From a bacterium (GTDB lineage Bacteria > Patescibacteriota > Microgenomatia > UBA1400 > PJMF01), in contig JAUNST010000002.1 of the NCBI GenBank assembly GCA_030539095.1, positions 1 to 48,817 on the forward strand: a DNA stretch of 48,817 bases, given 5' to 3'. Below, one piece after another: positions 1 through 7,029 of this stretch (position 1 is its first letter; every line of letters starts with the position of its first letter). The translations under genes and the position numbers were made by a program. The notes below the pieces were generated by a model. The model saw only the letters and a list, made by a program, of their open reading frames with translations. It was not told the origin of the DNA and did not search any database.

Positions 1-177
1 TACTCTGGCTACTCAAATGCTGGTGGAGGGCTCTACCTTCAGGGCAGCAACGGCATCTTTTGGTCTAGTACGAGCAACAGTGCTGTCAGCGCTCGTCGGC
101 TGTACTTCAATTCTACTGCTGCTAGCCCGTCGAGCAACAACGGCAAGTTCTACGGATTCACAGTCCGCTGTCTCTAA
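1..177 (+). CDS. Possible 3' end of a FISUMP-domain protein gene (5' part off-window); module M1
   Basis: Frame 1 is open from the window edge. It reads YSGYSNAGGGLYLQGSNGIFWSSTSNSAVSARRLYFNSTAASPSSNNGKFYGFTVRCL, with stop TAA at 175-177. Confidence 0.5.
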   Translation, partial: YSGYSNAGGGLYLQGSNGIFWSSTSNSAVSARRLYFNSTAASPSSNNGKFYGFTVRCL

Positions 178-209
178 AACTGAAAACACGTTTGCCTGTA
201 AAAGCGTAA

Positions 210-413
210 AACTCTAGCTTCCTGGGTCTCTATTCTGGTGCTTCTCTTTCTTCTGGAGAGCTTATTAATCAGAGTGGCTATGGCGGATCATGGTCCAGCA
301 CAATTAGTAGCGTTGTTGACGCCCACAGATTGGTGTTCAACTCCACTGCTGTTAATCAGCTGGGCAACTATAGCAAATTCTTCGGCTTTCCAGTCCGCTG
401 TCTCCAAAACTGA
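210..413 (+). pseudogene. Start-less FISUMP-like cassette M2
   Basis: Frame 3 is open only between TAA 207-209 and TGA 411-413. No ATG or RBS. Ends ...KFFGFPVRCLQN. Confidence 0.45.
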
Positions 414-441
414 AAATTTTATTTGCTCAAAAGAGCGTTAA

Positions 442-795
442 GCCCTCGGTTTTCTGGGTCTCTACTCTGGTAGTTCCAATGCTGTCGGAGGACTTGGAAA
501 CCAAGGTGATTATGGTCTTTTCTGGTCTAGTACAGACCTTAGTGTTACCAGCGCTCGTAGGCTAAATTTTGGTCCTACTACTGTTAATCCAACAAACTAT
601 AGCAATAAGTTTGGCGGTTTTGTAGTCCGCTGTCTCAAAACTGAAACAACTATTTGCCCGTTAAGGCGTAAAACTCTAGCTTCCTGGGTCTCTACTCTGG
701 TCGTTCCTTTACCACTGGAGATCTTGGCACTCAGGGCGGCGGCGGCTACTTTTGGTCCAGTACGGGCTACAGTGCTGTCTACGCTCGTACTCTGA
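442..795 (+). pseudogene. Start-less FISUMP-like cassette M3 (module ends about 636; reads on out of register into M4)
   Basis: Frame 1 is open after TAA 439-441. A 1-nt deletion (ctc-aaa instead of ctc-c-aaa) removes the module stop, so the frame runs on to TGA 793-795. Confidence 0.45.
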
Positions 796-875
796 ACTTC
801 AATTCTACTGCTGCTAACCCGGCGGGCAACAACAGCAAGTTCTACGGCTTCACAGTCCGCTGTCTCCAAAACTGA
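672..875 (+). pseudogene. Start-less FISUMP-like cassette M4
   Basis: Frame 3 is open between TAA 669-671 and TGA 873-875. No ATG. Ends ...KFYGFTVRCLQN. Aligns without indels to M1. Confidence 0.45.
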
Positions 876-878
876 AAG

Positions 879-2873
879 TTACGAACGCAAAAAAACTTCT
901 AAATCTAAGTCGCCGTTGAGCGCCGCGCTCACGTCTTCGTCTGGAACGAAGCGGCGCTCATGGTTTTCCGGTTCTACGCGCGCGCGAAAATCTTGGCGGC
1001 GCGCGCGCCTCGGTTGCCACGGCGTCACTTGCTCTGGTACATATTCATCTAAACGTTCTATCTCAAGTAACTTGTCATCTAAATCATCTAAAAAACGACT
1101 GCGACAACTCATCGTAGTGACGCCATATTGCCACCGTCGTCTGGCACAAGTGAAATAGAGTTTTTCTTTAGCTCTGGTAATCCCGACGTAACACAAGCGT
1201 CGCTCTTCGCTTAATTGAGCGGCGTCAAAAAGACTTCTCGAGTGAGGTAATAAATTCTCTTCCATGCCCACCATAAATACCGCTTTAAACTCCAAACCTT
1301 TAGCAGAATGTAAACTCATTAGCTGCACTTGATCTTGTTCTTGTTCGGCGCCAGCATCATCCGGCAAATAATCATCTTGAATAAGAGCAATATTCTCCAA
1401 AAAATTAAGCGTCTCATTAAATTGACTACTATGAGCAAGCAGCTCATTAATATTTTCCAATTTCACCGCTTCCTCTGGCTCAGTGGGATCATAAAGTTCG
1501 CGATATTTAGTTGCCTGCATAATTTCTTGCAAAAGTTTGAGCGGCGTTTCTTCTTTTTCTGTTTGTTCTTGATACTTTTCTCGCCAATCAAGATATTGAT
1601 TGTAGCGACGTTTGCCAATTTTCAACACTCGCTTAAGACTAACACTTTCTTTAGGATTGAAATAAAGACGTAAATAAGCAAGTAAATCTTTAATTTCTTT
1701 GCGCTCGTAAAATTTAAAACCGCCGACCAAACGATACGGCAAGCGATGCCTGGTAAGTGCTTCTTCAAAAGCACGCGATTGAGCATTAGTTCGATACAAA
1801 ATGGCGATTTCTTGTAAATTTAAGTTTTCATCATCGCGCAAACGTTTAATTTCACTCGCCACCCAATCAGCCTCTTGATTACCACTTTCCGCTTCCACCA
1901 ATTTAATTTTCATTGGCGTTTTATCGCTGGTCCACAAATTCAAAATTGGATGATCGGTGTTTTTTTGAATAATTTGCGTCGCTGCCGTCAAAATCGCTTG
2001 ATGAGAACGGTAATTTTGATCTAGGTGATAAGTGGTAACTTGTGGAAAATCTTTTTGAAAAGAGAGCATGTTGGTGTAATCGGCGCCGCGCCAAGCGTAA
2101 ATACTCTGACTAAAGTCACCGACGACAAATAAATTATTTTGCGGCGCACTGAGGATTTTACTCAATCGATATTGAACTTTATTTGTATCCTGATATTCAT
2201 CAATTAAAACAAACTGAATTTGCTCTTGATAAAAATTTCGGACATGACTATCTGCCTGCAAAAGCCTGAGCGTTTCGTTGAGCAAATCGTCAAAATCTAA
2301 AGCCGCTTCTCGTTTGAGCGCTCGTTGGTAAACTTCGTAAGCATTAGCCACAAACTCGCCGAAATCGCCGTAAGCCGCCTGGCGATAATCTTCTGGCGTT
2401 TGTAAAAAATTCTTGGCATTACTAATAGCTGCTTTAACCGCTTGCGGCTTATAATCCTTAGGATCCCAGCCATTATCTTTGTAAATTTGTTTCAGGAGTG
2501 CTAATTGATCATCGCTGTCGTAAATAGTGAAGTTGGGGTCGAGTTTGGCCGCCAAAGCATGACGCCGCAAAACGCGCGTGGCAAAACTGTGAAAAGTCCC
2601 AGAAAATGGTAAATCGTAATTAGTTAAATTGCGGACGCGACTTTTCATTTCTAAGGCAGCTTTATTGGTAAAAGTGACAAGCAAAATTTGCTCTGGACGC
2701 AAATTTTGCGTCGCCAGCAAATATGCCACGCGTTGTGTAAGAACTCGCGTTTTGCCAGAGCCGGCGCCAGCTAAAACCAGAGCTGGTCCAGTGGTGTGGA
2801 CGACGGCTTTTTTTTGCTTTTCGTTAAGCTGCTCAAGAAAATCTAAGTTCATACTCGCCTTATTTCTTTTCAC
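879..2873 (-). CDS. uvrD: UvrD/PcrA-family ATP-dependent DNA helicase
   Basis: 664-aa ORF with Walker A AGAGSGKT, DEYQDTN and QNYRS helicase motifs. Confidence 0.9.
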   Translation of the reverse strand: MKRNKASMNLDFLEQLNEKQKKAVVHTTGPALVLAGAGSGKTRVLTQRVAYLLATQNLRPEQILLVTFTNKAALEMKSRVRNLTNYDLPFSGTFHSFATRVLRRHALAAKLDPNFTIYDSDDQLALLKQIYKDNGWDPKDYKPQAVKAAISNAKNFLQTPEDYRQAAYGDFGEFVANAYEVYQRALKREAALDFDDLLNETLRLLQADSHVRNFYQEQIQFVLIDEYQDTNKVQYRLSKILSAPQNNLFVVGDFSQSIYAWRGADYTNMLSFQKDFPQVTTYHLDQNYRSHQAILTAATQIIQKNTDHPILNLWTSDKTPMKIKLVEAESGNQEADWVASEIKRLRDDENLNLQEIAILYRTNAQSRAFEEALTRHRLPYRLVGGFKFYERKEIKDLLAYLRLYFNPKESVSLKRVLKIGKRRYNQYLDWREKYQEQTEKEETPLKLLQEIMQATKYRELYDPTEPEEAVKLENINELLAHSSQFNETLNFLENIALIQDDYLPDDAGAEQEQDQVQLMSLHSAKGLEFKAVFMVGMEENLLPHSRSLFDAAQLSEERRLCYVGITRAKEKLYFTCARRRWQYGVTTMSCRSRFLDDLDDKLLEIERLDEYVPEQVTPWQPRRARRQDFRARVEPENHERRFVPDEDVSAALNGDLDLEVFLRS

Positions 2874-3342
2874 TCACACAAAACAAGCAAAGATCGATGG
2901 CGCGGATGAATTGTTGTACTAAGGCTTCGGCTTCATTTAAACTCAATTTATATTCTTCTCCCGGATATAAATGGAATAAGCGATTACGTTCCAACCAAGT
3001 TTCCCAAACAAAACGAGCTGTATGTTCGCCACAAGTTTGCAAAAGATCATCGTAAAACCAAAATTCGTCGCGCTGTTCCAAACGTACATCTGGATTAAGT
3101 GAACGGCCCATAGAAAACTTTTTGCTTCGATAAACGCGTTCTTCAATTAAATTTTGTTGATAAAGCCAATCTTTCAAAAAAGCTTCAAAAGCCTTGGCTA
3201 GTGGAAAAACGATAAACTGATAATCTTCAAATTCTCCTGGGCGATTTTTTTCACGTTCCAAAAGTTTCATTGTTGTATCCATGAGTGGCTGCAAATTAAG
3301 GCTCAAACCGGTATACCATTTCTCCTGGCTATAATCTGTCAT
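2860..3342 (-). CDS. Hypothetical protein with an R-x4-H (RNRLFH) motif; possible HEPN-like fold
   Basis: 160-aa ORF whose 3' end overlaps the helicase start by 14 nt. Motif ...WLERNRLFHLYPG. Confidence 0.6.
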   Translation of the reverse strand: MTDYSQEKWYTGLSLNLQPLMDTTMKLLEREKNRPGEFEDYQFIVFPLAKAFEAFLKDWLYQQNLIEERVYRSKKFSMGRSLNPDVRLEQRDEFWFYDDLLQTCGEHTARFVWETWLERNRLFHLYPGEEYKLSLNEAEALVQQFIRAIDLCLFCVSEKK

Positions 3343-3500
3343 GCGGTCATTTTACCACGGTTTCGTTGGACATTAAATGGAAATTATAAAAAAGTCCCGT
3401 TTGTTTGATGCAAAGCAATATCGGCTATTGTCATTAACAAAGCAGGGCAACTTCCATGAAAGATATTGCTTTTTTTAAGTTTTTCTTGCCAATTCCAGTT

Positions 3501-3587
3501 TGGTGCCCAAGAGAGGGTTCGAACCTCCACGCTCTTGCGAGCACTGGCTTCTGAGACCAGCTTGTCTACCAATTCCAACACCTGGGC
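3501..3587 (-). tRNA. tRNA-Leu (anticodon CAG), long variable arm, CCA encoded
   Basis: Reverse complement is GCCCAGGTG...CTGGT-CTCAGAA-GCCAG-(15-nt variable arm)-GGAGG-TTCGAAC-CCTCT-CTTGGGC-ACCA. Cloverleaf folded by hand. Confidence 0.9.
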
Positions 3588-3657
3588 CTAATATCTTTAT
3601 TATACAACAGATTGTCTTCTCTATTTTTGCAAAAATATGCTATAATACTGCTTCTTT

Positions 3658-3846
3658 ATGGTGAAAAAGATTAAAACTTACTTGGCCGGTGTAGTGGAAG
3701 AATTAAAAAAAGTTTCTTTCCCTAGCAAGGAAGACACCAAGCAAATGACGATTTTAGTTATTGCTTTGTCGACCATAATGGCGCTTTATGTCGCCGGCGT
3801 AGATTTCGGTTTTAGCAGTTTCACTAAATGGTTAATCAGCAAATAA
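3658..3846 (+). CDS. secE: Preprotein translocase subunit SecE
   Basis: 62 aa with a single C-terminal TM helix, N-terminus ...EELKKVSFPSKED, and a position directly upstream of nusG. Confidence 0.8.
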   Translation: MVKKIKTYLAGVVEELKKVSFPSKEDTKQMTILVIALSTIMALYVAGVDFGFSSFTKWLISK

Positions 3847-3860
3847 AGAGGAATAACTTT

Positions 3861-4493
3861 ATGGCTAGTAAACAAACGGCAAATCAAGAAATTGTGGCTC
3901 CTGAAACTCAGGAAGTACAAGTGATGTCACCTAATGTGGTGGTGATTTCTGATGCCGTTAACGACAAAGCAAAGTGGTATATCGTCCACGTTTATTCTGG
4001 TCACGAAAATAAAGTTTCCGAGGCTTTGCGTCAGCGCACTCAAACTTTGGGTTTGGAAAGCCAGATCTTGCAAACCTTGATTCCAACTCAAGAAAAAATT
4101 CAAATTAAGCGTGGTCAACGCAAAACTGTGAATGAGAAAATTTTCCCTGGTTATATGTTAATCAATATGGAAATGAGCGATGCTAGTTGGATTGCGGTTA
4201 AAACCACTCAAGGTGTAACCGGTTTTGTGGGCACTGGCGGCAACAAGCCTTTGCCTCTTTCCAAGAGCGAAGTAGAAGCAATTCAAAAATATATTAGCCA
4301 AACAGAAACTAAATTTAAGGCTGATTACATTGAAGGCGAAGCGGTTAAAATTATCGATGGACCTTTCAACGATTTCTTGGGTACTGTGAGCAAGATTGAT
4401 GATGATAAAGGCAAGGTGGAAGTCTTAATTAATATTTTTGGTCGAGAAACACCAGTGGAATTAGACTTCTTACAAATTGAAAAAGTGAAATAA
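3861..4493 (+). CDS. nusG: Transcription termination/antitermination factor NusG
   Basis: KWYIVHVYSGHENKV NGN motif and a C-terminal KOW (GEAVKIIDGPFNDFLGTV). ATG at 3861 is preferred over the ORF-track start 3828 because aaagagg lies upstream. Confidence 0.9.
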   Translation: MASKQTANQEIVAPETQEVQVMSPNVVVISDAVNDKAKWYIVHVYSGHENKVSEALRQRTQTLGLESQILQTLIPTQEKIQIKRGQRKTVNEKIFPGYMLINMEMSDASWIAVKTTQGVTGFVGTGGNKPLPLSKSEVEAIQKYISQTETKFKADYIEGEAVKIIDGPFNDFLGTVSKIDDDKGKVEVLINIFGRETPVELDFLQIEKVK

Positions 4494-4512
4494 AAATAAG
4501 GAATTAATTAAT

Positions 4513-4935
4513 ATGGCAAAAAAAATTATTAATACTCTTAAATTAAATTTACCTGCCGGCACGGCTACTCCAGCCCCGCCAGTGGGTCCAATTTTGGGTC
4601 AAGCTGGTATTAACATGATGGATTTCTTGAAGCAATATAATGCTGCTACTCAAGATAAAAAGGGCCAAATCGTGCCAGCGAAAATCACTGTTTATCAAGA
4701 TCGTTCGTTCACTTTTGAGCTTTGTATTGCGCCAGTCTCCGCTTTAATTAAGCAAGCTCTTAAATTGAGCAAAGGCAGCGGTACTGCTGGTCGCGATAGC
4801 GCTGGTACTTTGACTATGGATCAAGCAAAAGCGATTGCAGAAACTAAACTTCCAGATTTAAATACTGGTGATTTAGATGCTGCTATTCAAACCGTGATTG
4901 GTACAGCAAAATCAATGGGTGTAACAGTTAAATAA
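4513..4935 (+). CDS. rplK: 50S ribosomal protein L11
   Basis: 140 aa, motif PAGTATPAPPVGPILGQAGINMMDF. Confidence 0.95.
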   Translation: MAKKIINTLKLNLPAGTATPAPPVGPILGQAGINMMDFLKQYNAATQDKKGQIVPAKITVYQDRSFTFELCIAPVSALIKQALKLSKGSGTAGRDSAGTLTMDQAKAIAETKLPDLNTGDLDAAIQTVIGTAKSMGVTVK

Positions 4936-5009
4936 ATTATCAAAACCGCTTTAATTTCTAGAAAATTTTGGCGGAAGTGAGTTCTTAAATGAACTGACGA
5001 AAGGAAATT

Positions 5010-5744
5010 ATGGGTGCAAAAAAGAACGTCACTGTTGACGCTACTAAAGACGAAGTTAAAATCGTCAAAACTGAAGCCGCCGCAGAAGCTGCCACTGTAG
5101 CCGCTGAAGAAACTTCAGAAAAAACCTCAGCTCAAAAGAAAAGAAAAGTCGCTGGCCGCAGTGAAAAATACGTGCAAGCTCGTTCTCAAGTGGATAAGAG
5201 CAAGTTTTATTCTCCTTTGGAAGCAATTGAGTTGGTGCAAAAAACTTCTTATAGCGGTTTTGTGGGCACTATTTCGGCTGATTTAGTTCTTAAAGAAGTT
5301 GACAATCGTATTAATGTTAGTTTTCCTCATCAAACTGGCAAAACTTTACGGGTGGCGATCGTTAACGATGATTTATTGAAAGATATTGAAGCTGGCAAGC
5401 TGGATTTTGATATTCTTTTGACTACGCCTGCTTTTATGCCGAAATTGGCTAAATTAGCTCGCATTCTTGGTCCGAAAGGTTTAATGCCAAATCCTAAGAA
5501 TGAAACTATTATTGCCGATCCAGAAAAGAAGAAAGCTGAACTTTTGGGCGGCAAAACTGTTTTAAAAACTGAGCGCAAAGCGCCGCTTTTGCACGTTAGT
5601 CTTGGCAAAGCCGATTTAGCTGCTGCTGATCTGGCCGAAAACTTACAAGCAGTTTTAAAAGCTGTCGGTGATAAAGCTTTGAAAGCAACCGTTTGCGCCA
5701 CCATGAGCCCGAGCGTGAAAGTGGCTTTGGAGCGTCACAATTAA
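5010..5744 (+). CDS. rplA: 50S ribosomal protein L1 (with an Ala/Glu/Lys-rich N-terminal extension)
   Basis: 244 aa with ...LGPKGLMPNPK... and a position after rplK. Confidence 0.9.
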   Translation: MGAKKNVTVDATKDEVKIVKTEAAAEAATVAAEETSEKTSAQKKRKVAGRSEKYVQARSQVDKSKFYSPLEAIELVQKTSYSGFVGTISADLVLKEVDNRINVSFPHQTGKTLRVAIVNDDLLKDIEAGKLDFDILLTTPAFMPKLAKLARILGPKGLMPNPKNETIIADPEKKKAELLGGKTVLKTERKAPLLHVSLGKADLAAADLAENLQAVLKAVGDKALKATVCATMSPSVKVALERHN

Positions 5745-5762
5745 TCTTATAAGATATTACTC

Positions 5763-5790
5763 TTGACAAAAAATGCCAGTGTGGTATAAT
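5763..5790 (+). promoter_or_regulatory. Sigma70-like promoter TTGACA-N16-TATAAT
   Basis: TTGACA at 5763-5768 and TATAAT at 5785-5790. It interleaves with the rplA terminator hairpin. Confidence 0.5.
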
Positions 5791-5808
5791 TCCTGCCTGG
5801 CATTTTTT
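5773..5808 (+). terminator. Candidate rho-independent terminator of rplA
   Basis: atgccag (5773-5779) pairs with ctggcat (5797-5803), followed by a T run to 5808. The loop is long (17 nt). Confidence 0.45.
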
Positions 5809-5917
5809 ATTGGGCAAAAAAAAGAAGCATCAGCGCTTTTGCTTTTGCCACAAACAAAATTTGTCCTTGCTTTTTAAAAATTAAATTTTCATTTCTTCTG
5901 AGCTTTACTCTGTTTTA

Positions 5918-5970
5918 GCAGGCAGATTAAGATAAATTAAAATAATGATAATCTATCTTAATCTGCCTGC
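5918..5970 (+). promoter_or_regulatory. Perfect 17-bp inverted repeat (19-nt spacer) in the leader of the 6004 ORF
   Basis: gcaggcagattaagata (5918-5934) is the exact reverse complement of tatcttaatctgcctgc (5954-5970). The right arm can alternatively pair with ggcag just downstream. Confidence 0.5.
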
Positions 5971-6003
5971 AAGGGCAGAAAATAAAACTGAGGAGGAATA
6001 CCC

Positions 6004-6471
6004 ATGAAATTGAACGTCATCGATCGGCACAAAAAGTCGCTGGTGAAACTCTGCAGCCCTAACAACGGCCAGCTCATTCTTACCAGCACGGACTTCGACA
6101 GACGTGAGCTAATGTCTGGAATGATCTGGCAAGCACTGGGCGGCGATATGGTGGAGGTTCTAAGCACCAATGCTTATGGCTTTCTGCTGTTGATCACCCG
6201 CTTTCAGCCGGATGAAGATGACGAGCTGTGCTGGGTTTCTTCGGACTGGAGACCAATTAATCTCTCCATTCTTAAGAGAGAGACTATCAGTCCGAAAAAG
6301 TTAAAGGCGCTCGTAGCCGACGAATCCAGCCTGCTCTTGCAAGAGAGCGATCTTGGCACCCTCGTCTACCGCGTGAATACCAAGCGTCAAGTCAGCGAGC
6401 TTGTCTGGGTGAAACCCCCAGCCGCTCCCGCCAGCAAGTCATTCGCAACTCTACAGGCCGCTTTGGTCTAA
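6004..6471 (+). CDS. Hypothetical protein (GC-rich islet gene 1)
   Basis: 155-aa ORF with strong SD gaggagg 7 nt upstream. GC and codon usage are clearly higher than in neighbouring genes. Confidence 0.6.
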   Translation: MKLNVIDRHKKSLVKLCSPNNGQLILTSTDFDRRELMSGMIWQALGGDMVEVLSTNAYGFLLLITRFQPDEDDELCWVSSDWRPINLSILKRETISPKKLKALVADESSLLLQESDLGTLVYRVNTKRQVSELVWVKPPAAPASKSFATLQAALV

Positions 6472-6508
6472 AAAGGAGCTTTGGCGAAGATGCAAAGGAG
6501 CGAGTTCG

Positions 6509-6730
6509 ATGGCAATTGTGCTAAAAAACGACGATCGCAGCCTAACGCTTCACAAAAAAATGATCGCCGCTGCTCCGGTTGGGACGATGTGGCATACTGG
6601 CGATACTTTGCGATCCGGCGGCGATTATGCGGTCTTACTGCGAAAGTATTGGCTGCACGGCAATCTCGCTGAGATTGTGATTCATCACAGTCAAAGCAAA
6701 GAAAATGAGTATCTCCAAGTGAAAATTTAA
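6509..6730 (+). CDS. Hypothetical protein (GC-rich islet gene 2)
   Basis: 73-aa ORF with SD aaggag upstream, followed by a strong terminator. Confidence 0.5.
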   Translation: MAIVLKNDDRSLTLHKKMIAAAPVGTMWHTGDTLRSGGDYAVLLRKYWLHGNLAEIVIHHSQSKENEYLQVKI

Positions 6731-6747
6731 TTCTAAAAGGTTTTTCA

Positions 6748-6778
6748 GCCCCGCCCGCAAGGGCGGGGCCTTCTCTTA
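6748..6778 (+). terminator. Rho-independent terminator
   Basis: gccccgccc-gcaa-gggcggggc (9-bp GC stem) followed by cttctctt. Confidence 0.75.
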
Positions 6779-6814
6779 ATTTATTTTAATCAAAACAAAA
6801 AAGTAACTTTCCAC

Positions 6815-6843
6815 TTGACAAAAACGACTTTTTATGATATAAT
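6815..6843 (+). promoter_or_regulatory. Consensus extended -10 promoter (TTGACA-N17-TGaTATAAT)
   Basis: TTGACA at 6815-6820, TG at 6835-6836, TATAAT at 6838-6843. Confidence 0.6.
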
Positions 6844-6849
6844 ATGAGA

Positions 6850-6983
6850 TAGTTTTGTTTTCAGCTCATATTTAGTTTTGAGTTATTGGCATTATCGCTG
6901 ATAAATTCGAGACTCGAGCTTGGAAACAGACTTCAAATATGCCGCTTGTGGTTTTCCTCAGTCTTCCACAGGCGGCAATTTTT
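6850..6983 (+). ncRNA. Candidate ~135-nt small RNA or terminated leader upstream of uvrB
   Basis: Lies between the consensus promoter (6815-6843) and the hairpin gccgcttgtgg/ccacaggcggc (6941-6976) plus aattttt. No ORF of meaningful length. A possible long-range helix pairs tgttttcagctc with gagcttggaaaca. Confidence 0.3.
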
Positions 6984-7029
6984 AGCTCTTGAAGCTAATT
7001 AAATTGAAAAATCAGGTATAATTATCTCT

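Larger units (their letters stand above)
1..875 (+). repeat. Tandem array of four ~230-bp units, each encoding a FISUMP/C-type-lectin-like C-terminal module
   Basis: agtccgctgtctc recurs at 162, 392, 624 and 854 (period 230-232). Each unit translates to G-L-Y-S-G...(F/Y)WSST...KF(Y/F/G)GF.VRCL followed by a stop. Confidence 0.85.

Noticed and set aside
405-413. Alternative genetic code (UGA read as Gly, code 25) to read through the cassette stops
   Set aside because: All long housekeeping ORFs are intact under the standard code. Several genes end in TGA with ATGA overlaps (15886, 16983). Read-through would not restore the frame of the next module.
597-869. 90-aa ORF on the minus strand across cassettes M3/M4
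   Set aside because: It is antisense to the clearly FISUMP-like plus-strand reading frames and has no recognisable motif. Most likely a shadow ORF.
1-875. M1 and M4 as a DGR template-repeat/variable-repeat pair; CRISPR-like array
   Set aside because: Mismatches fall at non-adenine positions in both directions (for example ggc/agc and tac/aac), so neither copy can be the template of the other. The 230-bp period with coding potential is not a CRISPR architecture.
3384-3581. 65-aa ORF
   Set aside because: It is the tRNA-Leu gene read as protein, together with its downstream flank.
4936-5009. Weak hairpin (gtgagttc/gaactgac) between rplK and rplA, as a possible L1-binding regulatory structure
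   Set aside because: The stem is only 8 bp with a mismatch, and I could not recognise similarity to the L1 rRNA-binding site by eye. The evidence is insufficient.
6481-6672. 63-aa ORF overlapping 6509-6730 in another frame
   Set aside because: It has no SD and an Arg/Cys-rich, low-complexity-like translation. The 6509 frame has an aaggag SD and ends at the terminator.
5762-6824. 11-nt direct repeat cttgacaaaaa flanking the GC-rich islet, as possible insertion duplication
   Set aside because: Both copies are simply -35 boxes followed by A-rich spacers of consensus promoters. That is too short and too functionally explicable to count as a target-site duplication.
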